DNA of 63,578 bases, filler included, from Guillardia theta CCMP2712 (taxonomy: Eukaryota; Protista; Cryptophyta): the NCBI RefSeq assembly GCF_000315625.1. It is 4 parts of 4 records of this genome, joined end to end, with 100 filler letters (N's around TTAATTAATTAA, not from the genome) between each part and the next. Parts side by side here need not be neighbours in the genome. Positions count along the whole stretch, not along the records: positions 28,018 to 56,342 come from NW_005434521.1; positions 56,443 to 63,578 come from NW_005434666.1; 2 more parts are not named here. One strand, 5' to 3'. Numbering within the stretch: position 1 is the stretch's first letter; each line of letters opens with the position of its first letter. The notes below the pieces were generated by a model. The model ran no database searches and was not told the origin of the DNA. It worked only from the letters and a program-made list of their open reading frames with translations. Both the position numbers and the translations under genes were made by a program. Positions 47,280 to 58,833 of the stretch are shown here, one piece after another.

Positions 47280-50200
47280 CCATGCCTGTGTGATTCAAGT
47301 AGAGTCCCTGCGAGCTGATGAGAGAAGTCTGCCCGCTGATGATGGAGGGATCCATCGGGATGTCCGGGTTCCAATCCAAGACGTCCAAGGCGGTTCGACC
47401 GAACTAGAGGAGTTTCACTAGAGACCGGACAAGAGAAAACAACTACCTTGAGTGCCACCTCTGGAAGGGTCTCATCAGGCCCTACGGTGTAGACGGGCCC
47501 CAAGAAGATCTTCTGCTGGGATTCGAGGTAGGCGGGGGAGAAGATCGAGTTGCCGCCCCACAGCTGGAGGATCGACGACCCCCAGTCCCTCGCCACCGTC
47601 TCCATGCTGTCCCCGTCCTGCACGCAGTACCTGCAGGCCCCGGTCAGTCGCGGGAAGAGACGAGGAGACGTCGCGACTTCACCTGCATCGCTCGACATTG
47701 ACTGTGATGCAGTACTGGGAAGGGTGGCCGAGGAAGGGAGCCGTGTAGAACTCTTGCTGGCAGCTCTCGCTCAAGTCGGAGGAGCTCAAGTCGACTTGGA
47801 TGGAGAGGCAGATGGAGTAGACGAACCCCTCCTGACCTCGAGCCGGCTGCCACTGCAGTGCTGTCGTGTAGGGGTTCGAGCTTGGATTGGCAATTAGCGT
47901 TGGGCCAGGTAGCACGTCGAAGGGCGCTTCCTGCTGCTGGTAGAGCGACGTCCGGTAAACGCGATAGATCTTAGCTCGCAGCTGAGAGCTTATCGAAGCA
48001 TTTCCTGCCTTAGGGTCCTGAGGGGCCTGGCACGGCTTCTGGAACTTACGCTCGTCGTTCTTCACTTCGATAGGAACGTGCAGTACGCAACCGACACCGA
48101 CGTCGAAGGAAGGGAACGAGACCGTCGGCGTAGGAGTGAGCCCGATCTCGCCGTCTAGGTACGTTCCTTTTATCTTGGCTTGCAAGACGTCAAAGTGAGT
48201 GGGTTGGACGAAGTAAGGAGCGACGGGGCTTCGAGTTTCGATCTCGACGCATCGCTGCTCGCCGAAGGTTCTGACCTCCAAGTTGGGGTTGTCTATGGAC
48301 GTAATCGTATCCGACCCCTGTATGCAGACCGTTGACTTCCCCCCGTCACTCGGAAAGTTGGTTGCTGAGTTGGCGCAGCGCGGTGAGAATTGAACGGGAA
48401 ACTTGATGCCCCAAGCAGACCCGTTGGCGGGCTTGTTAGAGGTACAGTAGGCGGAGGGCTTTAGCGACAGCTGGGGAATTGAATTTTGAAATTTCCATGC
48501 TACGCTGCTAGTCACGTCATTCGCATCCCGATCATTGGAAGCTCCGAGCAGGACACAAGTACGGTTGGCGAGGGGACAAGATTGCCAGGAACAGAATTGA
48601 TCGAGCCAGGTCTTGTTCCCCCAGACGTACACCGACAGCTGGTCACTGTAGCTCTGATTCTTGACTGTGTATACATTGCGATCCGTGATGTTGATATCGA
48701 AGAGGAAATTGGTGGACCACAGCACGGCTCCTATAAAGGATCCGTTGGCCGGGTCAGCCACGGCAAACGTCGGGCTCAAGTTGTCGTCGATGATGAGGAA
48801 AGGAGAAGAGACAATTGAGTTGCCATTGCAGAGAAACACTAACCTGGTCGGCTGCTGGAGGCATCCACCGTTATATACAGCCAAGTCCACGTAACGGACC
48901 TTTCCTTGATCAGCACGGACCACAGAAGACGAGAACCAAGCAAGCTGAGCCACTCCCTTGCCCTCCCCGACCTCCACTCGCACGGGCAAGTTTGACTGAG
49001 CTATAATCCACTGACCTCCCACAAACTTTTGCAGCTCCAACACCGGCTGCTGCGAGAATGTCACGTACGGTGTGATCGAAACTTTTGGCTCGGAACATCC
49101 GCGCGTGCAGGACAGAGAGAGGGCAGGCAGTGTCCCCGTGCCGATGTTGAAGGGAGAAGCCTCCACGACTTCAACTCGCGAGCTGTTCTTGGTCCCCACG
49201 ATGTAGAAGAGGAGCTGGTTGCCCGGGCCCGCCTCCGTTACCTTGAGGTCTGTGAAACTTGCGAGGGAGTTGGAACTTGTCTGCATGCGAGATCCTAGCA
49301 GCAAGGCGCCGCTCTCGGAGTAGGAGAGGTTCACCGACACTATCAGAGGCATCAGGCCGTAGAGCGTCCCATCCCCGTTGCGCAGGCTGATCACAGGTTG
49401 TTGCCTGCCAAACGAGTCAGAGAGCGAGCCAAGCATCGCGGCAGAGTCGGGGGGTCAGAGAGTACCTGAGGGGCAGATCTTGCTCGTACTGCGAGATGGA
49501 GTAGGTGAATCGGAGAGTCGCGTTGGCCACCAACAACGAACCGTCGCACTCACAGACGTTGACCGCATCCGTCAGGGCGAGTTTCACACTCAACTTGCGC
49601 CCATCGCTTACGTACAGCTGAGCGGAGGCATCTATGTGCCCCAGGTCCGAGAGAACATCCAGATCTGACACGACCAGCCTCGTGTTGCTCGCGCACTGCG
49701 ACCTGCAGCCTGCAAAGGCGCATCCAGCCCAGGGTCCAGGAGTATACTCGATGCCTCTCTGAAGCATGCGGGAGCCAACAGTCACATACGAGACGTACTC
49801 CCCAGGACCATCGAGATCCGTACACGATACGGACACGCTCAGCTTTGCTGACTGAAGCTTCCAAGCAGAAGACGAGGCCGAGCCGTTGAGTTCGGTGTAC
49901 ATCCCAAGGTAGTCTGTAAAGTTGATGTAGCAACCAGAAACAGGCCCCGAACACTTGGAGGTGACAACTTTTTCGTGATCAGAAACCGGTTCACGTTCTA
50001 CAGCCAAGATTGGCAGCACTTCGAACTCAGAGGAGTACACATCCACATACCCTGGCGAGGAGAACTTCAATACGTAGAAGACATTGACGACTGGCTCCAG
50101 GTAGGAGGTGATACGCGGGTCGAGCAACGTGGCAGCTTTAGTGACCCACAGGCTCTCAAAGGCGGCTCGTCCCTGAGAGGCCCTCACGGACAGCAGCGAG

Positions 50201-50844
50201 TCGCTCGAGAAGTTAGCGCCTTTGGGCCCCGAGAAGATTGAGACAGAGATCTCAGGCTCTGCCAAGAGGAGGTTCCTTCCCGTCCCATCCAAAATCTCCA
50301 GGACAGGAGGGATCCAAGGCTGCGAGCTCCCAAACACGTTGAGCGTCGGCTGTTGAGCTATATGCATGCGAGCATCCTGACCCCCACAGTCGAACAAGTC
50401 AGACTCAACAGCGATGAGGTTCCCATACGAGTCATGTGTCTCAAACTTCAGTCTGAACCCTGTTCCTCCTTGCAGGATCAGAAGGTCTGTGAACTTGAAC
50501 GCCCCTTCCTTGAGCGTCACCGTGATCTTGTTCGAGCCAGTAGAGAAATTAGCGCCCACGGGGTTCTGAAATATGGAGACGATCATGACATTGTTGTTGT
50601 TGACATCGAGCGTCTCTCCTGCATTCAGAGCGAGGCTGACATAGCTCTGTCTCGGCGTTCCCACCGACAGTTCTGATGTGCTGCTCAAAACCACTTGCAG
50701 CTCGGGCTGCTGTGCCAAAGCCCTTCCTTTGAGAACATTCCCCATGGGTTGTTGGATTATCGCAATCCTCGAGCCTCTTGAAGGCGTTAAGCATGTGTAG
50801 AGAATGAGAGCAAGCAGAAGAGACGACTGAAGCTGCTTGAACAT
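47142..50844 (-). CDS. Large secreted protein with repeated Ig-like beta modules and C-terminal LysM domains; 3' end near a gap
   Basis: Signal peptide MFKQLQSSLLLALILYTCLTPSRG. ORFs 49417-50844 and 47679-49436 join through a GT-AG intron at ~49406-49467. CRYCVQDGDSMETVARDWGSSILQLWGGN and YTVGPDETLPEVALK|FGRTALDVLDWNPDI are LysM-like. Confidence 0.8.
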
Positions 50845-51454
50845 AGTTGTGGAAGACTGGCAATGAATTGTTCGGAATTGTTTCCAATGCAGTCAACTTC
50901 CCATCACACTATCAAGTTTCAGAACAAGCACAACTCTTCCGCAGCTGCCTTCTTCTATCTATCTTCTTCTTCTGTCCTCCTCCTCCCCCCTCCTCTGCTC
51001 CTTACGCTCCACTCGCTCCTCCCCTTGCCATGTCTCTTCGTCTCAGGTGTTCCCCACCCTACCCCATTTTCAAATCTAGGGTACCGTAATACACCCCTCT
51101 TTTCCCTTGTATTCTTGTTCATTTTCTTATATTTAAAAGGGTGGGGTAGCTTCCCCACCCCACCAACTAGGATTATAAAGTTTCACCCATCATTCCCGGA
51201 TCACACCAACGAACTTCCATTTATTACTGAAGTTACTGAGCCTCAGTGATCGGACATGGACTCGGAGCGCCGGCCGGGCCGCCCGGCCGAGCAGGCTGCC
51301 AGTGTGGCGGTCATCGGGTGCCGGCCCTGATTACGTGGAGGGGGAGAGGGGGAGGTGTGACTGTGCCTCTCCTGCCCGTCTGGGACCGTCACGGTCGCTA
51401 GGCTGCTCAGTCCTCCTCCCGCCTGCCGCCGGGAGGCTCCGAGTCCCCCTTTCT

Positions 51455-53247
51455 TCAAGGCTTTTCTTGTCCCTCCCCTCTGAGAGCTTTGGCTGAGCAG
51501 CGGCCACACTTGACCATGTCACAAGGAACTCCGAACGCAAGAGGACCGGACGATTTGATATGAGCTGAGAGACAGAGGCAATGAGAAGAAGACATTATGA
51601 CGAGAGGGGGAGAAGTTGGAAGGGGGGGAGATGAAGGAAAGGAGGAGGAGGAGGAGGAGGACATCAGCGAAGAGCTCTGACCTTCATCGATGGCAAGACT
51701 TCCATCGCTCAGCAAGCAGCCGAGGGAATATTGACTGTGAGAGATTTAAACGGCTGAGGACGGGGAGGAGCAACTCACGCGTAGAATACTGGTCGAAACT
51801 TGTCAGACTCGTTGAAGCTGCTCCGGTGCCAAACATCTGCTAGCCACGTGACTCAGCACACGTCACGTGACTCAGCAACGTCTCTGCTCTTGGCTCCTCC
51901 TCTCTCCTCATCACTCTGCATCTCTCTCCATCCTCTCCCCTTCTTCCCGTCCCTTCAGACCTGAAGCAAAGACCACAGCAGTGCCGGCCTCTACCGAAAG
52001 GACGCTGCCAATAGGACAAGAGCTCGCCTGCTCTCGCTTGCTGCCTGAGGCCTCGCTCGCAGTCTGCTCACGGTCTCCTTCCTCGCTGCTCTTTCTAGAG
52101 ATGTCGTCGGTCCGGGGGGAGCCGGAGAAGGAGGAGGAGACGGAGAGGAAGAAGGGATGATGCTTGTCAACCCCGGGGGGGGGATTGAGGTAGCAGGCGT
52201 CTCCTAGCGGAAGGATCTCGAGTGTTCCGTTGTGAAAAGCTGGACGAAGATCAAGAAAGGAAGATGAAGGGAGGAGGGGGAGCTACAGAATACTCACTTG
52301 TGTCACAAAGAGGAAGCCAGACGGAGACGTAGGGAGACTGCGGTCGCTGCAGGCACATCTGAAGCTTTGAAATGTGTCAAGTCAAGTAGATTCAACAGCA
52401 CGTGTAGCAGAGCAAGAAGAAATGAGAGAGCTGGGAGGCAGACAGAAGAAGGTGATTCAAGTCACCTGCTCAGCCTCGTCCGTGTGCCAACCAAATTCAA
52501 CCTGCAGAAAAAATTCAATCAAGAGATATCTCTTTGTCCCTCTCCCTCTCCCTCTCCCTCCCTTCATTCAGGCTCCTCAGCTCTTCGCCGCTTGTTTTCA
52601 CTCACCCTCGACTGCGGCGGCTTCACCACATACTGCTCGTTGAAGAGGCGGATGGAACAGGATGAGAGAGGAGGGGCAGGAGCAGAGCGCGAGTTTCTCT
52701 CCTCACTCCTCTTCATCCGCTTGTCCCCACGGTTAGTGAGAGCATGAAGAGCCTGCGAGCGACGTGAGAGGAGCTCAGGGGCAGCGAGCGAGACCGAGGA
52801 GGCGATGCCGGCGAGGTCGGAAACGAGGAAACGTTGGATGGTTTGCGCGTCCTCGAGATATTCGTGCAGGCGATCTTTGACTTGCTGCTCGTCTAGCAGC
52901 GAACAAGTCTGCTCCAATCGCAGACGTGCCATGCGTTCACATCGCATCTGCCTGTACGCTGCGACATTTATCATCCTCCTCTCCCCCTCGCCTCCTCCTG
53001 CCCCTGCCCCTGCGCCTCCTTCTCTCACTCACGGGCCTCTACCTGCTTGATTCAGACGAGCTGGGTGACGATCATCGATGGCAAGAGCCTCCCACATGTC
53101 GACCACACAGTCGCGATCATCGAGGTCAGTGACGTGAAGGAGAGCATCGCACTCGCGCTGCATCAGATCGATAAGGCACGGAGAAGCAGCACGAGGAACG
53201 AGGCAGAAGCCTCTCCGTCTCATCTCCTCGCACATCTCCTCGTTCAT
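51455..53247 (-). CDS. Phytanoyl-CoA dioxygenase (PhyH)-like 2OG-Fe(II) oxygenase
   Basis: RRRGFCLV, FNEQYVVKPP, FGWHTD (HxD), VSVWLPLCD, NGTLEILP, AGTAVVFAS|DVWHRSSFN (distal His). Confidence 0.8.
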
Positions 53248-53297
53248 GCTCCGCTCACAGTTCACTCCAATTGAACACTCGAGAGCAACAGCTGAGC

Positions 53298-54640
53298 TCA
53301 AATCGCCTTCTTAGCTTGAAGGCCCTCTGCTGCCCCCTCTCCCTCTGCCTCTTCTCCTTGACTCCTCTCGACGTCCCTCGCCGAGTTCACGATGGCAATA
53401 ATTGAGACAACGAGAGCGGCGATGGCGATCACGAAGCTGAGGCAGAAATCAGCAACACGAGAGCTGGAGGGAGGGGAGGGAGAGGCAGGAGGGAGGCAGG
53501 ACATGGATGGATGGAGCGCTAGACCTGACAAGAGCGAAGACGAAGGCAGCGGTGGTTAATGAGAGAGCATCCAAGTTGGATATGCGAAGACCTCCCGTCA
53601 TGTGGATCGGCGACTTTGAGGTGCCAGGGAACTCATCTTGAAGGAAGAGCGTGAGAGACTGTAGGAACTGCTCCCTCTTCTCCCTCCCCTGANNNNNNNN
53701 NNNNNNNNNNNNNNNNNNNNNNNNNNNNNNNNNNNNNNNNNNNNNNNNNNNNNNNNNNNNNNNNNNNNNNNNNNNNNNNNNNNNNNNNNNNNGGGAAAAA
53801 GGTGATGCAGTCACGGGGCGAAAAGGTTAAGGGGGCTGGAGAGAACAGGAGGAGAAGGAGGGAGAGAGGGATCAGGAGAAGGAGGGAGAGAGGGATCAGG
53901 AGGATAAAGTGGGAGGGAGGGATGGAGGGCAGATGGACGCAAACAAGAAGTAGCGGCAGCGCTCTATGTAGATACCTGAAGGAGACGCGAGGGGGAGGAG
54001 AAGAGAGTCATGCTCGTATTGCAGATGCCTCCACGTCTCTCGCTCAGCTTGATGTGTCGATGAGATGAAGTCGCTCTTCCTCTGACCTCCTCCTCGGGGC
54101 TCTGGTCGTGATGGCTCCCCGACGAGAGGGAGGAGGCCGACTCCTCGTCACCATGGCTTCTCTCTCCGCCCTCCTCCAGCTCTCGGGTTCTCACGGTCAG
54201 TCCGGCTACCGGGAAGCAGCTGTCTCGCAGCCGCTGGCTCCTCTTGCCTTCGCTCCCTCATGGGTCAAACTCGCCCCCGACGCTTCTCGGTCAAGGAAGG
54301 AGGCTGGGTGGAGGTGAGAGTGAGGCGGGAGGAGGTAGAGGTTCTGATGGGAGGAGCAGGCATGCGGAGGGCCCGAGACGTGTTCCGATCTTCCTCTCCT
54401 CTGCAGGATCTCGCAGGGTGAGGGAGGGCTGTGAGTTGGCATGAGCATGACAGGTTGTGACAGGTTGCTTGCAACCTTGAAGATGCACCTCGCCCCCCCC
54501 GTAGCGAGGTTCTTGTTTCATCGCCTCTTCCTGCCATCGCCTCATCGTTTCCTTAGAACATCTCGTTGAGCGGCGCGCGAGGAGACAAGAAGAGTCGAGT
54601 TGAAAACTCGAGCGATGTGCGGCCACCAACACTCTCCTCC
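53298..54640 (-). CDS. Hypothetical protein with C-terminal TM segments (gapped)
   Basis: Exons ..LSLTTAAFVFALV| and FCLSFVIAIAALVVSIIAIVNSARD..KKAI*. Confidence 0.4.
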
Positions 54641-55473
54641 TGCTTNNNNNNNNNNNNNNNNNNNNNNNNNNNNNNNNNNNNNNNNNNNNNNNNNNNNNNN
54701 NNNNNNNNNNNNNNNNNNNNNNNNNNNNNNNNNNNNNNNNNNNNNNNNNNNNNNNNNNNNNNNNNNNNNNNNNNNNNNNNNNNNNNNNNNNNNNNNNNNN
54801 NNNNNNNNNNNNNNNNNNNNNNNNNNNNNNNNNNNNNNNNNNNNNNNNNNNNNNNNNNNNNNNNNNNNNNNNNNNNNNNNNNNNNNNNNNNNNNNNNNNN
54901 NNNNNNNNNNNNNNNNNNNNNNNNNNNNNNNNNNNNNNNNNNNNNNNNNNNNNNNNNNNNNNNNNNNNNNNNNNNNNNNNNNNNNNNNNNNNNNNNNNNN
55001 NNNNNNNNNNNNNNNNNNNNNNNNNNNNNNNNNNNNNNNNNNNNNNNNNNNNNNNNNNNNNNNNNNNNNNNNNNNNNNNNNNNNNNNNNNNNNNNNNNNN
55101 NNNNNNNNNNNNNNNNNNNNNNNNNNNNNNNNNNNNNNNNNNNNNNNNNNNNNNNNNNNNNNNNNNNNNNNNNNNNNNNNNNNNNNNNNNNNNNNNNNNN
55201 NNNNNNNNNNNNNNNNNNNNNNNNNNNNNNNNNNNNNNNNNNNNNNNNNNNNNNNNNNNNNNNNNNNNNNNNNNNNNNNNNNNNNNNNNNNNNNNNNNNN
55301 NNNNNNNNNNNNNNNNNNNNNNNNNNNNNNNNNNNNNNNNNNNNNNNNNNNNNNNNNNNNNNNNNNNNNNNNNNNNNNNNNNNNNNNNNTCCTCCTCCTC
55401 CTCCTCCTCCTCATCCTCGTCCTCATCCTCCTCCTCCTCCTCCTCCTCCTCCTCCTCCTCACTTGATGCTCCA

Positions 55474-56615
55474 GGAAATCAAGACGCAGTGGTCGAATGT
55501 CGAAGGTAATCTCCTGTCCTCTATGTCGACGACCTTGACCCTCTCCCTCGCCCTCATTTCTTTCTCTCCCTACCCATCTCTTGTCTCCTCGTCCTCCTCT
55601 CTCCTTCGATATGATTCTCCTACTCCAGCCGTCGAGGACGGAGGAGCACGGGCTTCGACAGACGCCTCCTCCTATTGGATGGACTACTACATGGTCGCGT
55701 TGCCCTCCCATCCTCCTCCCTGACTCCTCGCAGCGAGTTGTCTGCGACGAGGCCTCGGGCCCCCGCCAAACTCCCACGCAAGAGCTTGAGGAGCTGGAGA
55801 CCAAGCTTGAGCAAGGAAACATCTCCCCAGAACTATTCGACGAGATGAAGGGAGATATCTTCAAGCGGTCTGCTCCTCCCCTCCCCTTCCCCCCTCCTCC
55901 TTCTCTCTCCTCCCCCTCCTCGTTTCCCTACTTCTCCCTCTACTTCCCTGCTCTTGCTTCTTGCCTCCTCGCTCTGAGATCTCAGCAGCTTTTGGAAGGA
56001 GCTTGTCACGCAGGATACGATGAAGCGAAGGTTCCGTGAGAGAATGATTGCAGTGCAGGTCAGCAGGCGAGGTCAAGCCGCCCCTCCTCACATGCTTCAG
56101 GTAACCAACAGCGCGCAATTTGCGGACAGCTGGATCCGAATCAACGTGCTTGAGAAGCTTGAGAAACTTGTTGGTGAGAGGAGGAGAGAGAGAGGGAGGG
56201 AGGGAGGGAGAGGACAGGAGAGGAGAGGAGAGGAGGGAGGGAGGGAGGGAGGAGCAAGATAGGCTGCGGCGTGGCGGTCAAGCCAAGACCGGGGGGGGCG
56301 GGGGGGGGGGTGGTGGTGGAGGGAGAGGGTGTGGCTGAGGGGNNNNNNNNNNNNNNNNNNNNNNNNNNNNNNNNNNNNNNNNNNNNTTAATTAATTAANN
56401 NNNNNNNNNNNNNNNNNNNNNNNNNNNNNNNNNNNNNNNNNNTGGAGGTGGAGGTGGAGGTGGAGCGGAGGGAGCGAGAGGAGAGGGAACGGGTGGGGGA
56501 GGAGGTCAGCGGATAAGGAAGAGGGAAGGAGTCTCGGAACCTGACACAGCTGGCAGCCTGATCCGGACCTCTGACCAGAGGCGATCTCGCACCATGGACT
56601 CGTGGGAACAGGAGT
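55474..56615 (+). CDS. Fragment of hypothetical gene with SHOCT-like motif (between gaps)
   Basis: Exon ELEELETKLEQGNISPELFDEMKGDIF fits the L..L..L...G.I..EEF...K..L pattern. Confidence 0.45.
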
Positions 56616-56739
56616 ATGTTGTGGGGACCAACAGGGAGAGAGGGAGGGAGGGAGAGAGGGAGGGAGGGGAAGGTATTCCATGATGAGACTTGAGAGAGAG
56701 AGAGGATGGCAGTTGAGATCAGGTTCACTGTCGTTCTAC

Positions 56740-57480
56740 TCACGGTGTTGGCAATCTCACGTTCGACATGGCATGATAATGACCCAGTGATGGCAGGTGT
56801 TGAGAATCGTGCCTGTTGGACAGAGCTCCATGCTCGATGGAAATGGTGACGTTTTGTTTAGAGAGCTGCTGACAGGTTTCACTCAATCTCATACCACCAG
56901 GTTTCCTTGGATCTGACGGTTGGATGCCTGGTGATTATGGCGCTTTGGAGTCTTCCTGGAACCTCGAAGGTGGCTGTCTTTCTGATCCTTCCCGTCTCCT
57001 CTCATACCGTTGGCACAGGCAACTGGTCTCCCGATGGCACCCTCTTCGATCCCCCATGCGCTGAAGCAGCAGTGGGCACCATGTACTAAGATCGTGGCCA
57101 GGACAGGGTTCATTCTTGTTTGTTTATTAGTTTTCAAAATGAGCGTGAAAATGCACGACTGCAGTCAAGAAATACATGTTTCACATTCTCTGATGTTTGA
57201 ATTCTGCTCTATGAGCACAGCTGACTGTGTTTTTCGCTCTTGTACCACTGAGCATAACACGAGAAAAGAAACAGACATGGCATGAGGGTACATTGCCTTG
57301 CTAACAAATCCCTCAGCTTTCACGAAATCATCGTTCAAACGTATGACAGGATCAATGGAAGGACCACATGCTTGGGTGATGAGAGGAAAGGTGTTGCAAG
57401 TTGGGCAGAGTGTTACAGCTTCAAGGGTAAGGCCAGGCAGACTGCTGGTAGAAGAGAAGAGCTTGTTGACTTCATGCCAC
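56740..57480 (-). CDS. Possible hypothetical multi-exon gene
   Basis: Short coding-like segments separated by ~50-nt GT-AG introns; no family recognised. Confidence 0.25.
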
Positions 57481-58833
57481 ATATTTTACTGCTCTCTGCT
57501 TGTCTCATGATGATCTCACAGTCCTCTCATTCTCAGTCTTCCAGCCTGCTACATCATTCATCATCTGTGTCTTTTATAATCCTTTGTGCAACTCCTCTAT
57601 GTACACCCTCCCTGTGCTTTCTTGAACTCTTGCATGCTCTAACTGCACTTCTCTCCCTCGATGTTTCCCCTACATCTAATTTCAAGTTTCCTGTTCCCTG
57701 CCGCTTGAAACGCCGGACCACATCCTGTCACCTTGCCATGTTGAAGTTCAAGTGAAACGCCCAATAACCTCTGAGTCCGATCATTGATCCGGCGACCGGG
57801 TCGCGGGGGAGCTCGGCACAGCGCCGCCGTTGAAGCCTGGCCCAACTTTCGAGGGTTAGGCAGGTTCACTGTGGCTCGGACACCCGGCGGACCGGGAGTC
57901 ACCGCCACCGTCCGACGGGCCGATAGCAAGCATTCAAGGTTCAAGACGGTTGCGGCCGCTGTGTGACCGTGTCAGGCTGGCCCTCGGAGCCTCAAACTTG
58001 CGGCGGCCGGGCCCAGCCCGGCGGGTCACCGGGTGCGGCACAAGTAAACGGTGAACTGAAACTTGAAGTTGAAAGTTTACTCAACTTTACTACCCCTACC
58101 CCTGTCGCTGGAAGTGGCAGTCATTGGGGCCCATGAGGAGGGGTTGCATGATGTGAAATTAGACCAATTAAGCAGGGGTGGGGTCATAACAAGTACTCTT
58201 GGGGTGGTGTGATAGGCAGGGGTACTCGTCACGATTCTGATCGCGTGTAAAGGCATTCCAGTCCCTGCACTACTTTTGTCCATGAATACTACCCCACCCG
58301 TATATATACATCATTTTATTAGTAATAATAACCGGTATAGATTCACCCCACCCCTCATATCATTCCCTGCATCGTGATCCTCCCTCCATGTGCGGGCAGC
58401 TACCCCTTCTTTTCCCTGCTATCACCGTACCCTCTTTATAACGTACCCCCTACCCACACAATTTTTGATATAACCCCTGTCCATGACTGATTGAAAGGGG
58501 GTAGTGAACCCCTCGAGTACTCTGCAGGGATTCCAGAGGGTCACAAGTCAGGGATTACTACCCTACCTATCTAAACCCAATGAAATCTTGTGATCAGTGG
58601 GGGTGGGTAGTGTTGGGTGGTTTGTTGGGATGCAGTACCACACTACCGGTAGTGGAAGAGTGAGGTGGGTAGGGGTACAATTGATGGGGGGTAGATGGAT
58701 AGTATTTTCGTAGAGCATGGCTTTGAAAGGAGTAGGTGGGGGTATAAGGGTTTGACACATGGGGTAGGGTCATGACCGATGGTTTGGGTGGTCCTTTATC
58801 AAGGTCCCCTTTTCCCTCCCGCTAGAGTCTTCC

